NCBI RefSeq assembly: GCF_030144855.1
Contig: NW_026779730.1
Location: 1-64,000, forward strand
Direction of reading: 5' to 3'
Source: Hypanus sabinus
Lineage: Eukaryota
DNA: 64,000 nt
A model generated the notes under the pieces. That model was not told where the DNA came from. It was given only the letters and a program-made list of their open reading frames with translations, and searched no databases. Made by a program: the position numbers and the translations under genes. Positions 1 through 11,600 of the stretch are shown piece by piece (the first letter of the stretch is position 1; each line of letters begins with the position of its first letter).

Positions 1-713
1 AGACGGGTTGGGGGGAGCCGGTGAAGGGAGAGGGAGTGGAGGAGGAAGGGGAGGGGAGGGAGGGGGAGAGGAGAGGGAGAGAAGAAAGAGTGAGGAAGAA
101 GAGGAGTTGGAGAAATGATAGGGTGAGCGGGAAGAGAAAAGAGAGTGAGGGAGAGAGGAAAGATTGAGGGGACAGGGTGGGACAGATAGTTTGTGTGAAA
201 ATGGGAGAAAGGGAATTGGGAATCAAGAGAGACTGATGAGAAAGAAAGACAGAGAGCTAAATAAGAGGGGGGAAAGGCTACTGGTGATGTGGATTGAGGA
301 ATATGGGAGGCAGAGAGAAGTCAGCCCCCCACTGAGTGGAAATGACATGCGAGAGGTTGGTGGGACTCCCATATCTGCGTTCACCTATCCCTAGATATAC
401 CCACAGCCCTCACACTGGTCTACAAAACTGTCAGGGGAGGGGAAGGGGGAACAAGAACTCTGTTCAACAACATCAGGACTAATTTTTTAAAAGTGTGTCT
501 TCTGGCTCCTGTACCTCCTCCTGATGTAAGTAATGAGAAGAGGGTGTGTTCTGATTGGTGAGGGTGCTTATTCAGGCACTGCCTCTGGAAGATGTCCTCG
601 ATAGTGGGCAGGGTTGTTTACAGGGTGGAACAGCCCTCGACGGCCTGTCATTGGTCCATACACACCGGACGATGATGAAATCGGTCAGAGGGAGAGGTGT
701 GGGGGTTGCCATA

Positions 714-859
714 AGGCAAGGGTTAACACAATATCCAGGCAAGGGTTAACACAATATCCAGGCAAGGGTTAACACAATATCCAGGCAAGGGTTAACACAA
801 TATCCAGGCAAGGGTTAACATAATATCCAGGCAAGGGTTAACACAATATCCAGGCAAGG
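714..859 (+). repeat. 23-bp tandem repeat (AGGCAAGGGTTAACACAATATCC) x ~6
   Basis: Six near-identical consecutive units read directly; possibly part of a degenerate LTR-like element (~647-1000). Confidence 0.9.
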
Positions 860-1014
860 ACAGAGTGCAGACAGTAGAGGCAAGAAAGGACTTTCAGGGG
901 CACGGCTTCCTTTTAAACACCCGGGGACTGGAGACCAGATAACCGATCCAAGGCACACACATCAACTAAGGGATCTTTGCTTCACCAACTTCAAAGTGTC
1001 ATTGGTTGTCAGCT

Positions 1015-1118
1015 GCAACACACACACAGAAAACACTGGGGGAACTCAGCAGGCCAGGCAGCGTCTGTGGAAAAGAGTAAACAGTCGACGTTTCGGGCCG
1101 AGACCCTTCATCGGTTGT
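1015..1118 (-). mobile_element. Penelope-like terminal-repeat fragment with degenerate minimal hammerhead ribozyme motif
   Basis: Minus strand reads ccGATGAAGGGTCTCGGCCCGAAACGTCGACTG followed by the GCTGCCTGGCCTGCTGAGTTCC tail; same family as 42040-42360. Confidence 0.6.
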
Positions 1119-3842
1119 CAGCCTGTAGTTTCTAGTGACTTTTAACACCTCTATTGTGAATGGAGTGAATGTGAATTACAAGTAAGGAATTTGAACACAC
1201 ACTTTACCAAGCGGTCAATATCCACAACTACTCTATGTAGGAGTGGCATTTCTCAGGTCAGACTTCAGAACAGTGAAGGTGGCAGGGGCCATGATGTTCA
1301 ACTTGTGCACACGTAAAATGAAGTGTGGTTGAATCGTCAGTGCACGCGCGTATTCGGGGTCATTATTTTATTATTGGCAATGATAGAGGGGTAAACAGGA
1401 GGGAGGGAGAGGGCAGCAGAAAGTGGGGGTCATTGATAGGGAGAGTTGGAGTTTATGAGTTCAGGAGGGTGATTAGGAGGGAGCAATTAGGTAGACAGAA
1501 AGAGTTGGAAAGAGGAATCAGGAGGGATATTGAGTGAGGTAATGACAGGGAGGGTGAAGGATGAGGAGGGATGGAAAGGGGGAATGGTTTTGAAAGAATG
1601 TGAGGGATTCTGAGAAGGGTGTGGGGAGATTACAAGGGAGAGAGAGGGATTTCAATAAGAAAATGAGGGAGGCAATGCTCGGAAGAGGGGGAGAGAGAGA
1701 TGGATTATTAGGGAGGGAGAGGGTTTATGAGTGTCATTTCCAATTGCCACACAGACAGGTTCAGGTGCACTAAAAAAATTACCAGAGATCACAAAACATC
1801 AATTACATGTATAAAAGTGGACAGAGGCCAAGTCACAGGGTATGTTTAAAGTGGAGGATCATGATTAGTCAGGGAGTCAGCAAGAAGAGAAGTCAGGGGA
1901 ATGGGGCTGAAAGGGAAAATAAATCAGCCCTGATAGAATGGGCTTGATGGGCTAAATGGCCTGATTCTGCTCCTGTGTCAGTCATTGAAAAACACAATTG
2001 GAATAAAGCAAAGTCCATTGTGGAGCAAAGTGGTCAGAGAGTCAGCATACTGCGGCAGCAATTAGGATTGTGCTGGTTGGTCCAGGAACTGACTGGTTGA
2101 AGGGAAGTTGCTGTTCCTGAACCTGGTGGTGTGCGACTGCTGGGTTCTGTTACTCCCTCCTATTTTATTAGCCAGGGCACATTTGAAGTGTCAGGAAGTT
2201 GGACAAAATTGGGTTGTTTTCTCTAGAGAACCAGAGGCTGAAGGGAGACTGATAGAAGATCATAAAGTTCTGATAGAGGTTTATAAAGTTATGAGAGGAA
2301 TAGATAGAGTTGACACCTCAGGGTCAACCATGGATGTTGTATCCTAGCTGTCCAGGGCTGTACGATGTGGAGAGCAAGCTGTTGCCCATGGAGCAAGCTC
2401 CCCTCTCCACACAGCTGATGAACCCAAAGGAACGGCGGAGACTGATACAGTTTGGCGCCAGTGGTGTCACAGGAGCTGCCAGTCAGCATTGAACCTCAGC
2501 TCTGGATTTTCCCTCGGGGTTCACTCCCGAAGCCTTCCCTATGAGTGGGTGTGGCCGCAAGGCAGCAGAGGTTTGAGATCGGAGTTTTCCTTCTCCTAGA
2601 TGAGTTGCCCCATCTGCCTTTGCCCCTTCCCCTGTCAGTAGAAATAGTTAGCCTAGTAGCTAAGCCACACGTGAAGGCCAGGAGTTGGACTTGTTTGACA
2701 GAGGCTATTTGAGACATGCTCAATAGTGGGACCCTACCCCTACTACCACCCCCGGCTATGACTACCTCAGACAGAGTAGGCAGCTGGTACCTTTTGCCGT
2801 AGGAGTTAAAAATGTTTAATACCAGAGGGCATGTATTAAGCAGTGGGGGAGGGGCGGGTAAGTTCGGAGGAGATGTGTGGGCTAGTTTGTTTATCCACAG
2901 GGGGTGCTGAGTGCCTGGAATATGTTGCCCAGAGGGGTGGTGGTGGCTGAAACTATAGAGGCAATTATGGCACAAACAGCCACTGTCCAATTGAATCGCA
3001 GATGCTGCCTGAGCTGCTGAGTTCTTCCGGGACTTTGTGTGGGTTGAGAGGCGTTTCAGAGGCTCTTAGGCCTGCATGCATATTAGTACAGGGAACAGAG
3101 GGAGGCCGAAGCTGAATTGGCCAAGGGGACTAGTTTTGATTGCTGGTTTAATTTACTGGGACAGGCCTGATCCTGTGTTTTGGTACTGGTTTATTATTGT
3201 TACAGGGACACAATGCAAAACTCTCCTTGCATATTGTTGATCCAATCGTTACACAGTGCATTGAGGCAGAACGAGGGAAAACAATAACAATCCCAAGCAG
3301 AGTGCAGTGCAGGGAGACAGCAAGGTGCAAAGGCTTGTGAGGTCAAGGGCCCACGTTCTCATACTCGGGGTCTGTTCAATTGGGGTAGAAGCCTGGTGGG
3401 ACGTGCTTTCAGGCTTTTGTATGTTCTGCCCGATGGGGGGGGGGGGAAGAGAGACTGTCCGGGTTGGGTGGGGTGTTTGATTGTGCTGGCTGCTTTGCTG
3501 AGGCAGTGGGAAGTGTAGGCAGTGTGCATGAAGGGGGGGGGGGGGGCTGGTTTCTGTGTGGTACCGAGCTGTGTCTACAACTCTCTGAGGTTTCTTGCAG
3601 TTCCCGTACCAAGCCGTGATGTATCCGGATAGATGTTCTGAATGTCACGGGCAATTTAACCTCGTGACGGTGACATTTATTTAACGGGGAATTGGTCTTC
3701 GCCTGACTAACAGTTGTCTCTGCAACCAGACCTCCCCCCGTCTCCAAGAACCCAAGCCCCCATCGCACAGCCTTTTGAGAGACTCTTAGCTTCCCCTTCT
3801 TTCAGCTTCTCGCCACTGACTTCCTGTCCCATCGATCTGCAG

Positions 3843-3912
3843 CCGCGCCCGCGGCCTCTCCCTCTCCCTGGATTCGGGACACGCGGAGATCGGAGGCTGG
3901 GGGAAGGAACAG
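3843..3912 (+). CDS. Candidate internal exon of unidentified gene (APAASPSPWIRDTRRSEAGGRN), GC donor
   Basis: CACTGAC branch point, pyrimidine tract and CAG at 3842; CAG|GCAAGG donor; phase-compatible with the downstream candidate exons. An alternative long exon 3843-4047 in another frame is possible. Confidence 0.3.
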
Positions 3913-3993
3913 GCAAGGATCTTGCGGCAGCTGCCGGCGGAAAGAGGATGGGAGGGGGTTGCGGAGGGGCAGAGTGGCGACTTGATCTCTCAG

Positions 3994-4047
3994 TGGCCTG
4001 TCCCCGCCACTGGGAGGCTCAGAGTCACAGAGCTACTCCGCACAGAG
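3994..4047 (+). CDS. Candidate internal exon of unidentified gene (GLSPPLGGSESQSYSAQR)
   Basis: tctctcag acceptor, GAG|GTAGGC donor, phase 2-2, which fits the next exon. Confidence 0.35.
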
Positions 4048-4345
4048 GTAGGCCTTTCGGCCCGACCAGTCTGTACTGACCACGGTGCCCACCAGTTCCC
4101 CGTGTGCTGCCTAAATGCTTGCATTGTACCACTTCCTCCGGCAGTTCCTTCCAGATACATATTTAAAAGGGTCGCTTTTAAACGTTTCCCCTCTCATCCC
4201 GGTTCTGGACGCTCCTTTCCTGAAGAAATGACTGTTACCATCCGCCTTGTCTGTGATCTCATAATACTTTTCAACTTCTCCATAAGGTCACCCCTCCTTC
4301 TCCTAGGAGTGTGTGTCGCTGGGGATAACATTTTTTCTTCATCAG

Positions 4346-4428
4346 ATCGGCGCAGCGAGCGGAGATAGAGGGGCACAAGGACCCCGCGGCCGCTTCGTCG
4401 CTCCGCTCCTTCCCGGGACTAGGAGCAG
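4346..4428 (+). CDS. Candidate penultimate exon of unidentified gene (SAQRAEIEGHKDPAAASSLRSFPGLGA)
   Basis: ttttttcttcatcag acceptor, strong CAG|GTGAGT donor, CpG-rich, phase 2-1. Confidence 0.45.
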
Positions 4429-4575
4429 GTGAGTGGCGGGGGAGAAGGAGGAAGAGAAGAGAACCGGGAGGGGGGCGGAAGGGATAGAGAGCAGGGGTAG
4501 GTGAGGGGGATATAGAAGGGGCGACTGTGAATGTGTGGCTGGAGGAATAATGATCTTTCTCTCTTCCCCTCCCAG

Positions 4576-4931
4576 ATGAGGCTGTGCGATATCACCACCC
4601 ACTCCGTCCCCCCACGGGGGACCCTCCTCTGCGGATCCTCCCCGGGATGACCCCGAGCCAAGTCGGACCGTTGGGCAGCTCCTCCGACCCCTCTCGTCAA
4701 GCTGCCAAACCCAGGGTTCAAGGGGCTGGAGTCTGGCACGGCGAACCCCACTACTCACACTCGCACTGGCAGAGGAGGGGGAGGCGTCGAGAGGGGGAGG
4801 AGGAGGGGGGAACCTTCGCTGCCCTCCACCGGCGCTACGGGGAAGGGGTAGAGAGAGCACGGGAGGAGTGGCGGTGGGCGAGGGACAATGAGGGAGGCGT
4901 CCCCACTGGCAGACTGGTGGAGCTCGACTGA
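4576..4931 (+). CDS. Candidate terminal coding exon of unidentified gene (...EAVRYHHPLRPPTG...GVPTGRLVELD*)
   Basis: Strong polypyrimidine tract and CAG acceptor at 4575; the only long frame matches the phase of the previous exon; AATAAA at ~5667 downstream. Confidence 0.45.
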
Positions 4932-5354
4932 GTGAGGGGTGTTTATAGAGGTTTTCTCCGAGATGTCATCACTCCCCCTCCGTGTCTTTCCCTCTCCCTC
5001 ATTTCTTCTCACACCTCTCCAACCTCTTCACCCTCTTCCTCTCTGTCTCCCATTCCCTCTCCTCGCTATTAGTGTTTCCCACCTTTCCCCTCTCTGTCTC
5101 CTTCCACTCCCTCTATTCCTCCCTCCACCTCCAACTCCTCTCCCTACCCCATCTCCCTCTATCAATTCTCTCACTCCCACCTATCCTACCCCTTCTCCCT
5201 ACTTTTCCTACCCCTCCTCCCTCCCCTTCCTGCTCCCCTATCCTCTTCCTCCCTCATACCCCTTCCATCCTCCTCCCACCCTCTCCCTCACCCTCTTCCT
5301 CATTTCCCTGTGACCCTTCCCCACATCAGACAGCAGAGATGCTGAATATCCAAG

Positions 5355-5465
5355 AGCAACACACACAAAGTGCTGGAGGAACTCAGCAAGTCTGGTGTGA
5401 TCAGTGGAGGGGAATGAACAGTCTACTGATCCTCTAAGCTCCTCGGCCATTTTGTGTGTGTTGCT
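5355..5465. mobile_element. Short element with inverted termini (Penelope-terminal-repeat-derived or MITE-like)
   Basis: AGCAACACACACAAA ... TTTGTGTGTGTTGCT perfect 15-bp inverted repeat, extending to ~30 bp imperfectly. Confidence 0.65.
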
Positions 5466-6232
5466 GAGGCTTCTCAGGCCCTTTATCACTTCCCGAATTT
5501 GCTCCCTGTCTTGAGTGTGCTGAACCTCTACCCGCGGGTCAAACCTTTCTGAGAGCGTGCGCCCAAGTTGGAGATAATTCACTGACAATCCATGGTCATA
5601 TTGAGCAGAGATGGTCACTGATTAACGAATTAGTAACAGTAATTACATTTACATTGCTTCATTATTAATAAAAGTATAACAGATAGCTTTTGGAAAACTT
5701 GTTCAAAAAAATTAATATTAATCTTTTAAAAAGACAAATGAAAATATCGTAATTTCTAAATTGTATTGTGCAATGAAACCTGATTGGTCATTTTCTGGAT
5801 CGGCGGACAGACGGGGTGAATGAATGCAGCCCTTTCTCCCCAGGGCACAATCATGGGCAAATAGGAATCTTGGTTGGCACAGACCATTTGACCATGATCT
5901 GCACAGTGGCGGTGGGGGGGGGGGGGTCATACAATAATAGTATTGTTATTGTACCTCCTGTATAAGAAAGGCGAAGGTGAAATTGTAAGCTTTGGTGCAT
6001 GATCATAAACGATTAAGGAATAGGAAATAAACACAGCTTACAGGTAAGACAGCGTCCAGGCAAACAAATAAACAGTTCACTATATTTCTGAGTTTAACTG
6101 GTTCAATTCCTCTTGCTATTTTGGCTTCCGACTCTCTGGATTTCAACGTGTGGAGTGTATCACAGCTCCCACGGTGAAGGGTTTAATTCTCTGCTGATTA
6201 GAGTAATGCTGAGATATTTAGTCCTAGATTTA

Positions 6233-6485
6233 GGGGCTGCATGGTAGCGTAACACTTCACAGTTCCAGCGATCAGAGTTCGATTCCCACTGATCTCTGTA
6301 CAGACTTTCTAAGTTTACATGGGTTTCCTCTCACATTCCAAGGCGGACATTTAGGGCTGGTAAATTGTGGGCATCAGAGGCTTGGCACCACTTGTGGGCT
6401 GCCCCCATACACCCTCGGTCATTGATGCAAATGATGCGTTTCTCTGTGTGATCTGATGTACATATGACAAATAAAGTCAATCTTT
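6233..6485 (+). mobile_element. tRNA-derived SINE
   Basis: GGGGCTGCATGGTAGCGTAA head with B-box GTTCGATTCCC and a LINE-like tail ending in ACAAATAAAG; related minus-strand copies at ~16250-16500 and ~19850-20095. Confidence 0.65.
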
Positions 6486-6565
6486 ATCTTCTCTGGCTAC
6501 GCTGTTGTCTCACTTATGGATTAAGCTGCCTTGTAGATGTTTGATTCAAAAATATACCTTCCTAC

Positions 6566-7407
6566 TGTTACGTATTCAGGCAACAATAAATATATGAGAT
6601 CGGCAAGGGTTTCTTATAACAAACAACACATTTATTAAACACAGAAAACAAACCCCCCAAAAGTAAACAAACACTACTGTAACCGGAAACAGCTGCTGAG
6701 CGGCAGCCCAAACAGTTCTTAAAGTGATATTGCAAAAACAGTTCTTTAAAAGTGGTATTGCCAAAAGTTCGATATGCTCACAGTCCATTTAAAAGGAGAG
6801 ACTTTATAGGACGACTTAGGTTCTCTTTCACGTCGCTTGCTCCGATCCCCGACGTCGAACTTCCCACGAAGAATTCACGAAACAGAACGGCTTAAAGGCA
6901 CTGACCTTTCCTTCTCCACTACCTTCAATCCTTTCTAGTTAAACCTAGGGATTAACACGAAGATAGTCAACGAAATCCTTCCAAATAAGGATCAAACAAA
7001 GGTCGCCCCCGTTTCACCGTAGGAAGCGATTCTCCTCGATCTTTAACTTCCAACTTCCAATCTTCACTCTCCACTAATTTCGAACTAACAGGATCGTAAA
7101 GAACCTGCTGGCAATGACCTCTTAAACTTTAGGCATTAAATAAAAACTTCATCCTTCAACTAAACTGCGTCATCACTTAAAACACGCAGCGGCATGAAGT
7201 CAACCTGGCAAATCCAGCCATGAACTGCCCCTCCCCACAGGGTGGGGTCTACCTTTTATAACCTGTAAAAAAAACCGTCACATGATCTCTACTGGCGGGA
7301 AAATGACGTCATTCCACCATCACAAGACCATCACCTCAAGACCAGTACAGCTTCAACCCCAGTCACATGACAAGGGCACCACTGTCATGTGTCACGAGTA
7401 CGTAACA
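6566..7407 (-). repeat. 3' LTR of the Gypsy element
   Basis: Differs from 12226-13068 by ~4 transitions and 1 indel (manual comparison); purine-rich PPT (GGAGGGAGG on minus) adjacent at ~7408-7416. Confidence 0.97.
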
Positions 7408-7603
7408 CCTCCCTCCAAAAAAAACATTTTTGGTCTGACAAGAACAAAAATTTTTAACAATTGCTTACAAGAAAAACAAAGATATAAATTTTATAACATA
7501 CACAATATACAATACCATCGTATAACAGCTTATAACTCACAATACAGTATGAGAGTTACAATTGAAAAAAAAACCATTCCATAAAAAAAATTACAGTGTA
7601 CAT

Positions 7604-8605
7604 TCAACATCGAGATAGACAATCAGCAACCACATTATCTTTACCTTTAATATGAGTCATCACAATATTGTACTCTTGTAACATCAAACTCCAATTTAAT
7701 AATCTTCTGTTTTTGTTTTTCATCTTACTCAGGAAAACTAACGGATTATGATCAGTGTAAACAATAAGTGGTATTTGAGTTGTACTAACATATACCTCAA
7801 AATATTCCAAAGCTAAAACAAGAGATAACAATTCTTTCTCTATTGTCGAATAGTTTCTTTGATGCTTATTAAATTTCTTAGAAAAGTAAGCTACTGGATG
7901 ATCAACCTCATCACCCTCATTCCTTTGCATTAATACTGCTCCTGTAGCCTCATCACTAGCATCTACAGCTAATGAAAAAGGTTTTCCAAAGTCAGGTGCC
8001 TTAAGCACAGGTTGTTGACATATCATTGTTTTCAATTTTTCAAATGCTTCTTGACAAGGCACCGTCCATACAAACTTCTCATTCTTCCGCAGAAGGTTAG
8101 TTAATGGAAAGGCAACATTAGCAAAATTCTTTAAAAATTTCCGATAATATCCTACCATTCCCAAAAAACTTCTGAGAGTCTTTTTCCCCGTCGGAGTGGG
8201 AATCTCTAAAATTGCCTGAACAGGAGCTACCTTACCTTGACCCACAACATAACCAAGGTAAGTCACAGTGGCATGTCCAAATTCACTCTTAGCTAAATTA
8301 ATAGTTAAGTTAGCTTTTGAAAGCCTTTCAAACAATTTCTCCATCGCAATAATGTGTGCTTCCCAAGTATCATTTCCTGTCACTAAATCATCAATATAAG
8401 CATCAGTATCTTTCAATCCCTGAATCATAAAGTTAATCATCCTCTGGAAAGTACCTGGGGCATTCTTCATCCCAAATGGAAGAACATTATACTCATATAA
8501 CCCAGATGGAGTTACAAATGCAGAAATCTCTCTACCTCTGTCCGTTAATGGAACACACCAATACCCTTTCAATAAATCAATCTTTGTAAGGAACTGCTTT
8601 TCCAA
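7604..8605 (-). CDS. pol: Gypsy pol: RT C-terminal part and RNase H (frameshifted from the upstream ORF)
   Basis: KIDLLKGYW, LPFGMKNAPGTFQR, YIDD, VDASD, YSTIEKE, TDHNPL and NVVADCLSR motifs. Confidence 0.95.
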   Translation of the reverse strand: MEKQFLTKIDLLKGYWCVPLTDRGREISAFVTPSGLYEYNVLPFGMKNAPGTFQRMINFMIQGLKDTDAYIDDLVTGNDTWEAHIIAMEKLFERLSKANLTINLAKSEFGHATVTYLGYVVGQGKVAPVQAILEIPTPTGKKTLRSFLGMVGYYRKFLKNFANVAFPLTNLLRKNEKFVWTVPCQEAFEKLKTMICQQPVLKAPDFGKPFSLAVDASDEATGAVLMQRNEGDEVDHPVAYFSKKFNKHQRNYSTIEKELLSLVLALEYFEVYVSTTQIPLIVYTDHNPLVFLSKMKNKNRRLLNWSLMLQEYNIVMTHIKGKDNVVADCLSRC

Positions 8606-11600
8606 CTTTATCTACACAATCATCTACTCTAGGAATTGGATATGCATCTGTTTTCGTTACAGCATTCACCTTCCTATAATCCGTACAAAACCTAATACTA
8701 CCATCTGGCTTTGGCACCATAACACATGGCGAACTCCAATTCGAGTTAGAATGTCTAATGATATTATTCTCTAACATATATTCAATTTCTTTCTCAGCAA
8801 GTTCACATTTTTTCATGTTCATCCTATATGGATGTTGTTTAATAGGTTTGGCATCCCCAACATCTACATCATGTGAAGCTATAGTAGTCCTTCTCGGAAC
8901 ATCTGGAAACAACTCCCTATATTTAAAAATCAACTCCTTCATCTGTTGTCTCTGCTCTAACTGTAAATGTGCTAATTTTTCATCAATATTTTCCAGAATG
9001 GTTGAATTTGGTAACCTAACAGAAACAATGTTGGATTTAGAATGAAAGTCAGATGAATCATCTATCATGTTCCTAGTTAAATCAAACTCATTCTCACTAA
9101 CCACAACAGTCACAGTATCAGATTGTTTCTCAAAATATGGTTTCAACATATTTATATGGCAAAGTTGTGTTGACCTTCTACGATCTGGAGTTTTTACCAC
9201 GTAATCCACATCATTGATTTTAGACACAATTTCATAAGGACCATGAAATCTAGCTTGTAAAGGATTTGTCTGCACTGGGAAAAGAACCAACACCTTATCT
9301 CCAGGCTTAAACATCCTCATCCTAGCGTCTTTATCATACCAAGTCTTCATTTTCTCCTGAGCCAACTTTAAATTTTCCTTAGCTAAGCTACAAGCTTTTT
9401 GTAACCTGTCCTTAAATTTCAACACATAGTCCAACAAATTAGTGTGTATTTCCTTATTAATCCACTGTTCTTTCAATAAAGCTAAAGGTCCTCTAACTCT
9501 ATGCCCAAACACAAGTTCAAATGGACTAAAACCTAAAGATTCCTGTACCGATTCCCTTACTGCAAATAAAAGTAAGTTTATACCCTCATTCCAGTCACTT
9601 TCATTTTCCACACAAAATGTCCTAATCATATTCTTGAGGGTAGACTGAAACCTCTCGAAGGCACCCTGCGATTCCAGATGGTATGCAGACAAAGTGATTT
9701 GCTTAGCTCCCAATTTATAAACTATCTGTTGAAACAATCCAGACATAAAATTACTGCCTTGATCAGTTTGTATCTCCTTAGGTAATCCAAAATAAGTAAA
9801 AAAATTTATAAGGGCCTTTGTCACAGTCTTAGCTTTTATATTCCTAAGTGGTACTGCCTCTGGAAACCTAGAAGAAGTACACATGATAGTCAACAAATAC
9901 TGATAACCAGTTTTTGTCTTTGGTAATGGACCAACACAATCTACAATAACTTTAGAAAATGGTTCACCAAATGCTGGGATAGGTTGTAATGGAGCTACTG
10001 GTGTAACCTGATTTGGTTTACCCACAATTTGACAAGAATGGCACGTTTTACAAAACATCGCCACATCTTTTCTTAGACCAGGCCAGTAAAAATGTTTTAA
10101 AATCTTGTCCACAGTTTTCCTTACCCCTTGATGTCCACCTAAAGGCACACTATGAGCTAAAGTCAAAATCTCATTTCGATAAGCTTTTGGAACAACTACC
10201 TGGTAAACAACATTCCAATCCTCACTTGCAGGAATTGTAGGCGATCTCCACTTCCTCATCAACACTCCTTTTTCCAAGTAATATCCTACTGGCACCTTAT
10301 CAATTTCACTATCTAGTAAAACCTGCTCTTTTAATTTTATAATCTCAGAGTCTCTATTCTGCTCTGCTATCATCTCCTTCCGAGACAAAGATAAATCTTT
10401 ATAGTCAGACTTACTCCCAGAATCTTGTTCAAACAACGAAGATAAGAAAGTCTCTGACACATCCTCAAAACTCGAATCCTGAGTTGAACAGTCCTGAGTA
10501 ACAACTTCATTCTGCGCATCAATCTTTTTAGCCATAGCTCTAGTCACAACACAGGAAGAATCTGTGTTAGAATTCAACTCTGGTTCCTCTGACTCCATTG
10601 TCAAATGCACTTCAGGAAAAACTTGTCCACCTGCCAAGTCATTACCTAACAATAAAGAAATACCCTTCACAGGTAAGCTATGCTGTAATCCTACTTTAAC
10701 AAATCCAGTAACTAACCCCGACTTTAAATTTACTTTATGTAAATGTACAGGCATAAAATCACTTCCAACACCTCTTATGTAATTTACCTCACCAGTATCA
10801 GACTCTTCATTAAACTTCAACACACTGTCTAACATCAATGATTGAGAAGCACCAGTATCCCTAAGGATTCTTATTGGCACCAGAGTAGATCCTTCTTTCA
10901 AGGATACAAACCCTTCAGTTATAAAATGATCATATCCCTTTTTAACTTGGTCAGACTCTAACAAAGCCTCATTTGTGTTTATCAAACCCTGTAACTTTAC
11001 AGGTGCTTCAGTATGTTGCACACAAGCATCTGGAACTGCTTCCTTCTCTTTCTTTTTCAATTTGAAACAGTTAGCTATTACATGGCCAGGCTTCTTACAA
11101 TAGTTACAAGTAAGACCAAACTGTCTTTCCTTCACAGGCTTTCCTTTCTCATCAACTTTCTCATTAACCTCTGATTTAATTTCTGATTTACCTGGAGTCT
11201 CCATGTTATTTTTCCTCTTAAAATTTCTGCCCTGAGGAAATTTATTCTTATGGATCAAAACATACTCATCAGCTAATTTAGCACAGTCCTGCAATTTATC
11301 AGTATCCCTCTCATTTAAGTAGGTCCTTATTTCAACAGGAATGCTTCTTTTAAATTCCTCCATTAAAATCAGCTCTCTCAATGTATCATAGTCCCCATTT
11401 ACATTTTTAGAAGAAACCCATCTCTCAAAACACATAGCTTTATCATAGGCAAATTCCACATAAGTTTTTTCCACAGACTTTTTCAAACTTCTGAATCTTT
11501 CCCTATATGCTTCTGTGTCTAACTCATATGCATTTAAGATATGCCTCTTTACAATATCATAATCAAGTGCTTGCGCAGCTGTTAAAGCTGTGTAAACTTG

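Noticed and set aside
2310-2770. HDV-like ribozyme in an RTE-related SINE-like repeat
   Set aside because: I could not fit the P1-P4 nested pseudoknot by eye; a structure-descriptor search is needed.
4762-4838. Minus-strand exon (cgtag...GTGAGT)
   Set aside because: It is isolated; the plus-strand model has several phased exons and a polyA signal.
6576-6788. Duplicated 70-aa ORF (also 12236-12448) and the MISTG.. ORFs
   Set aside because: These are by-products of the two near-identical LTRs, with no recognisable domain.
8577-8605. Programmed ribosomal frameshift between the two Gypsy ORFs
   Set aside because: The break lies inside the RT domain with no slippery heptamer; a mutation or assembly indel is more likely.
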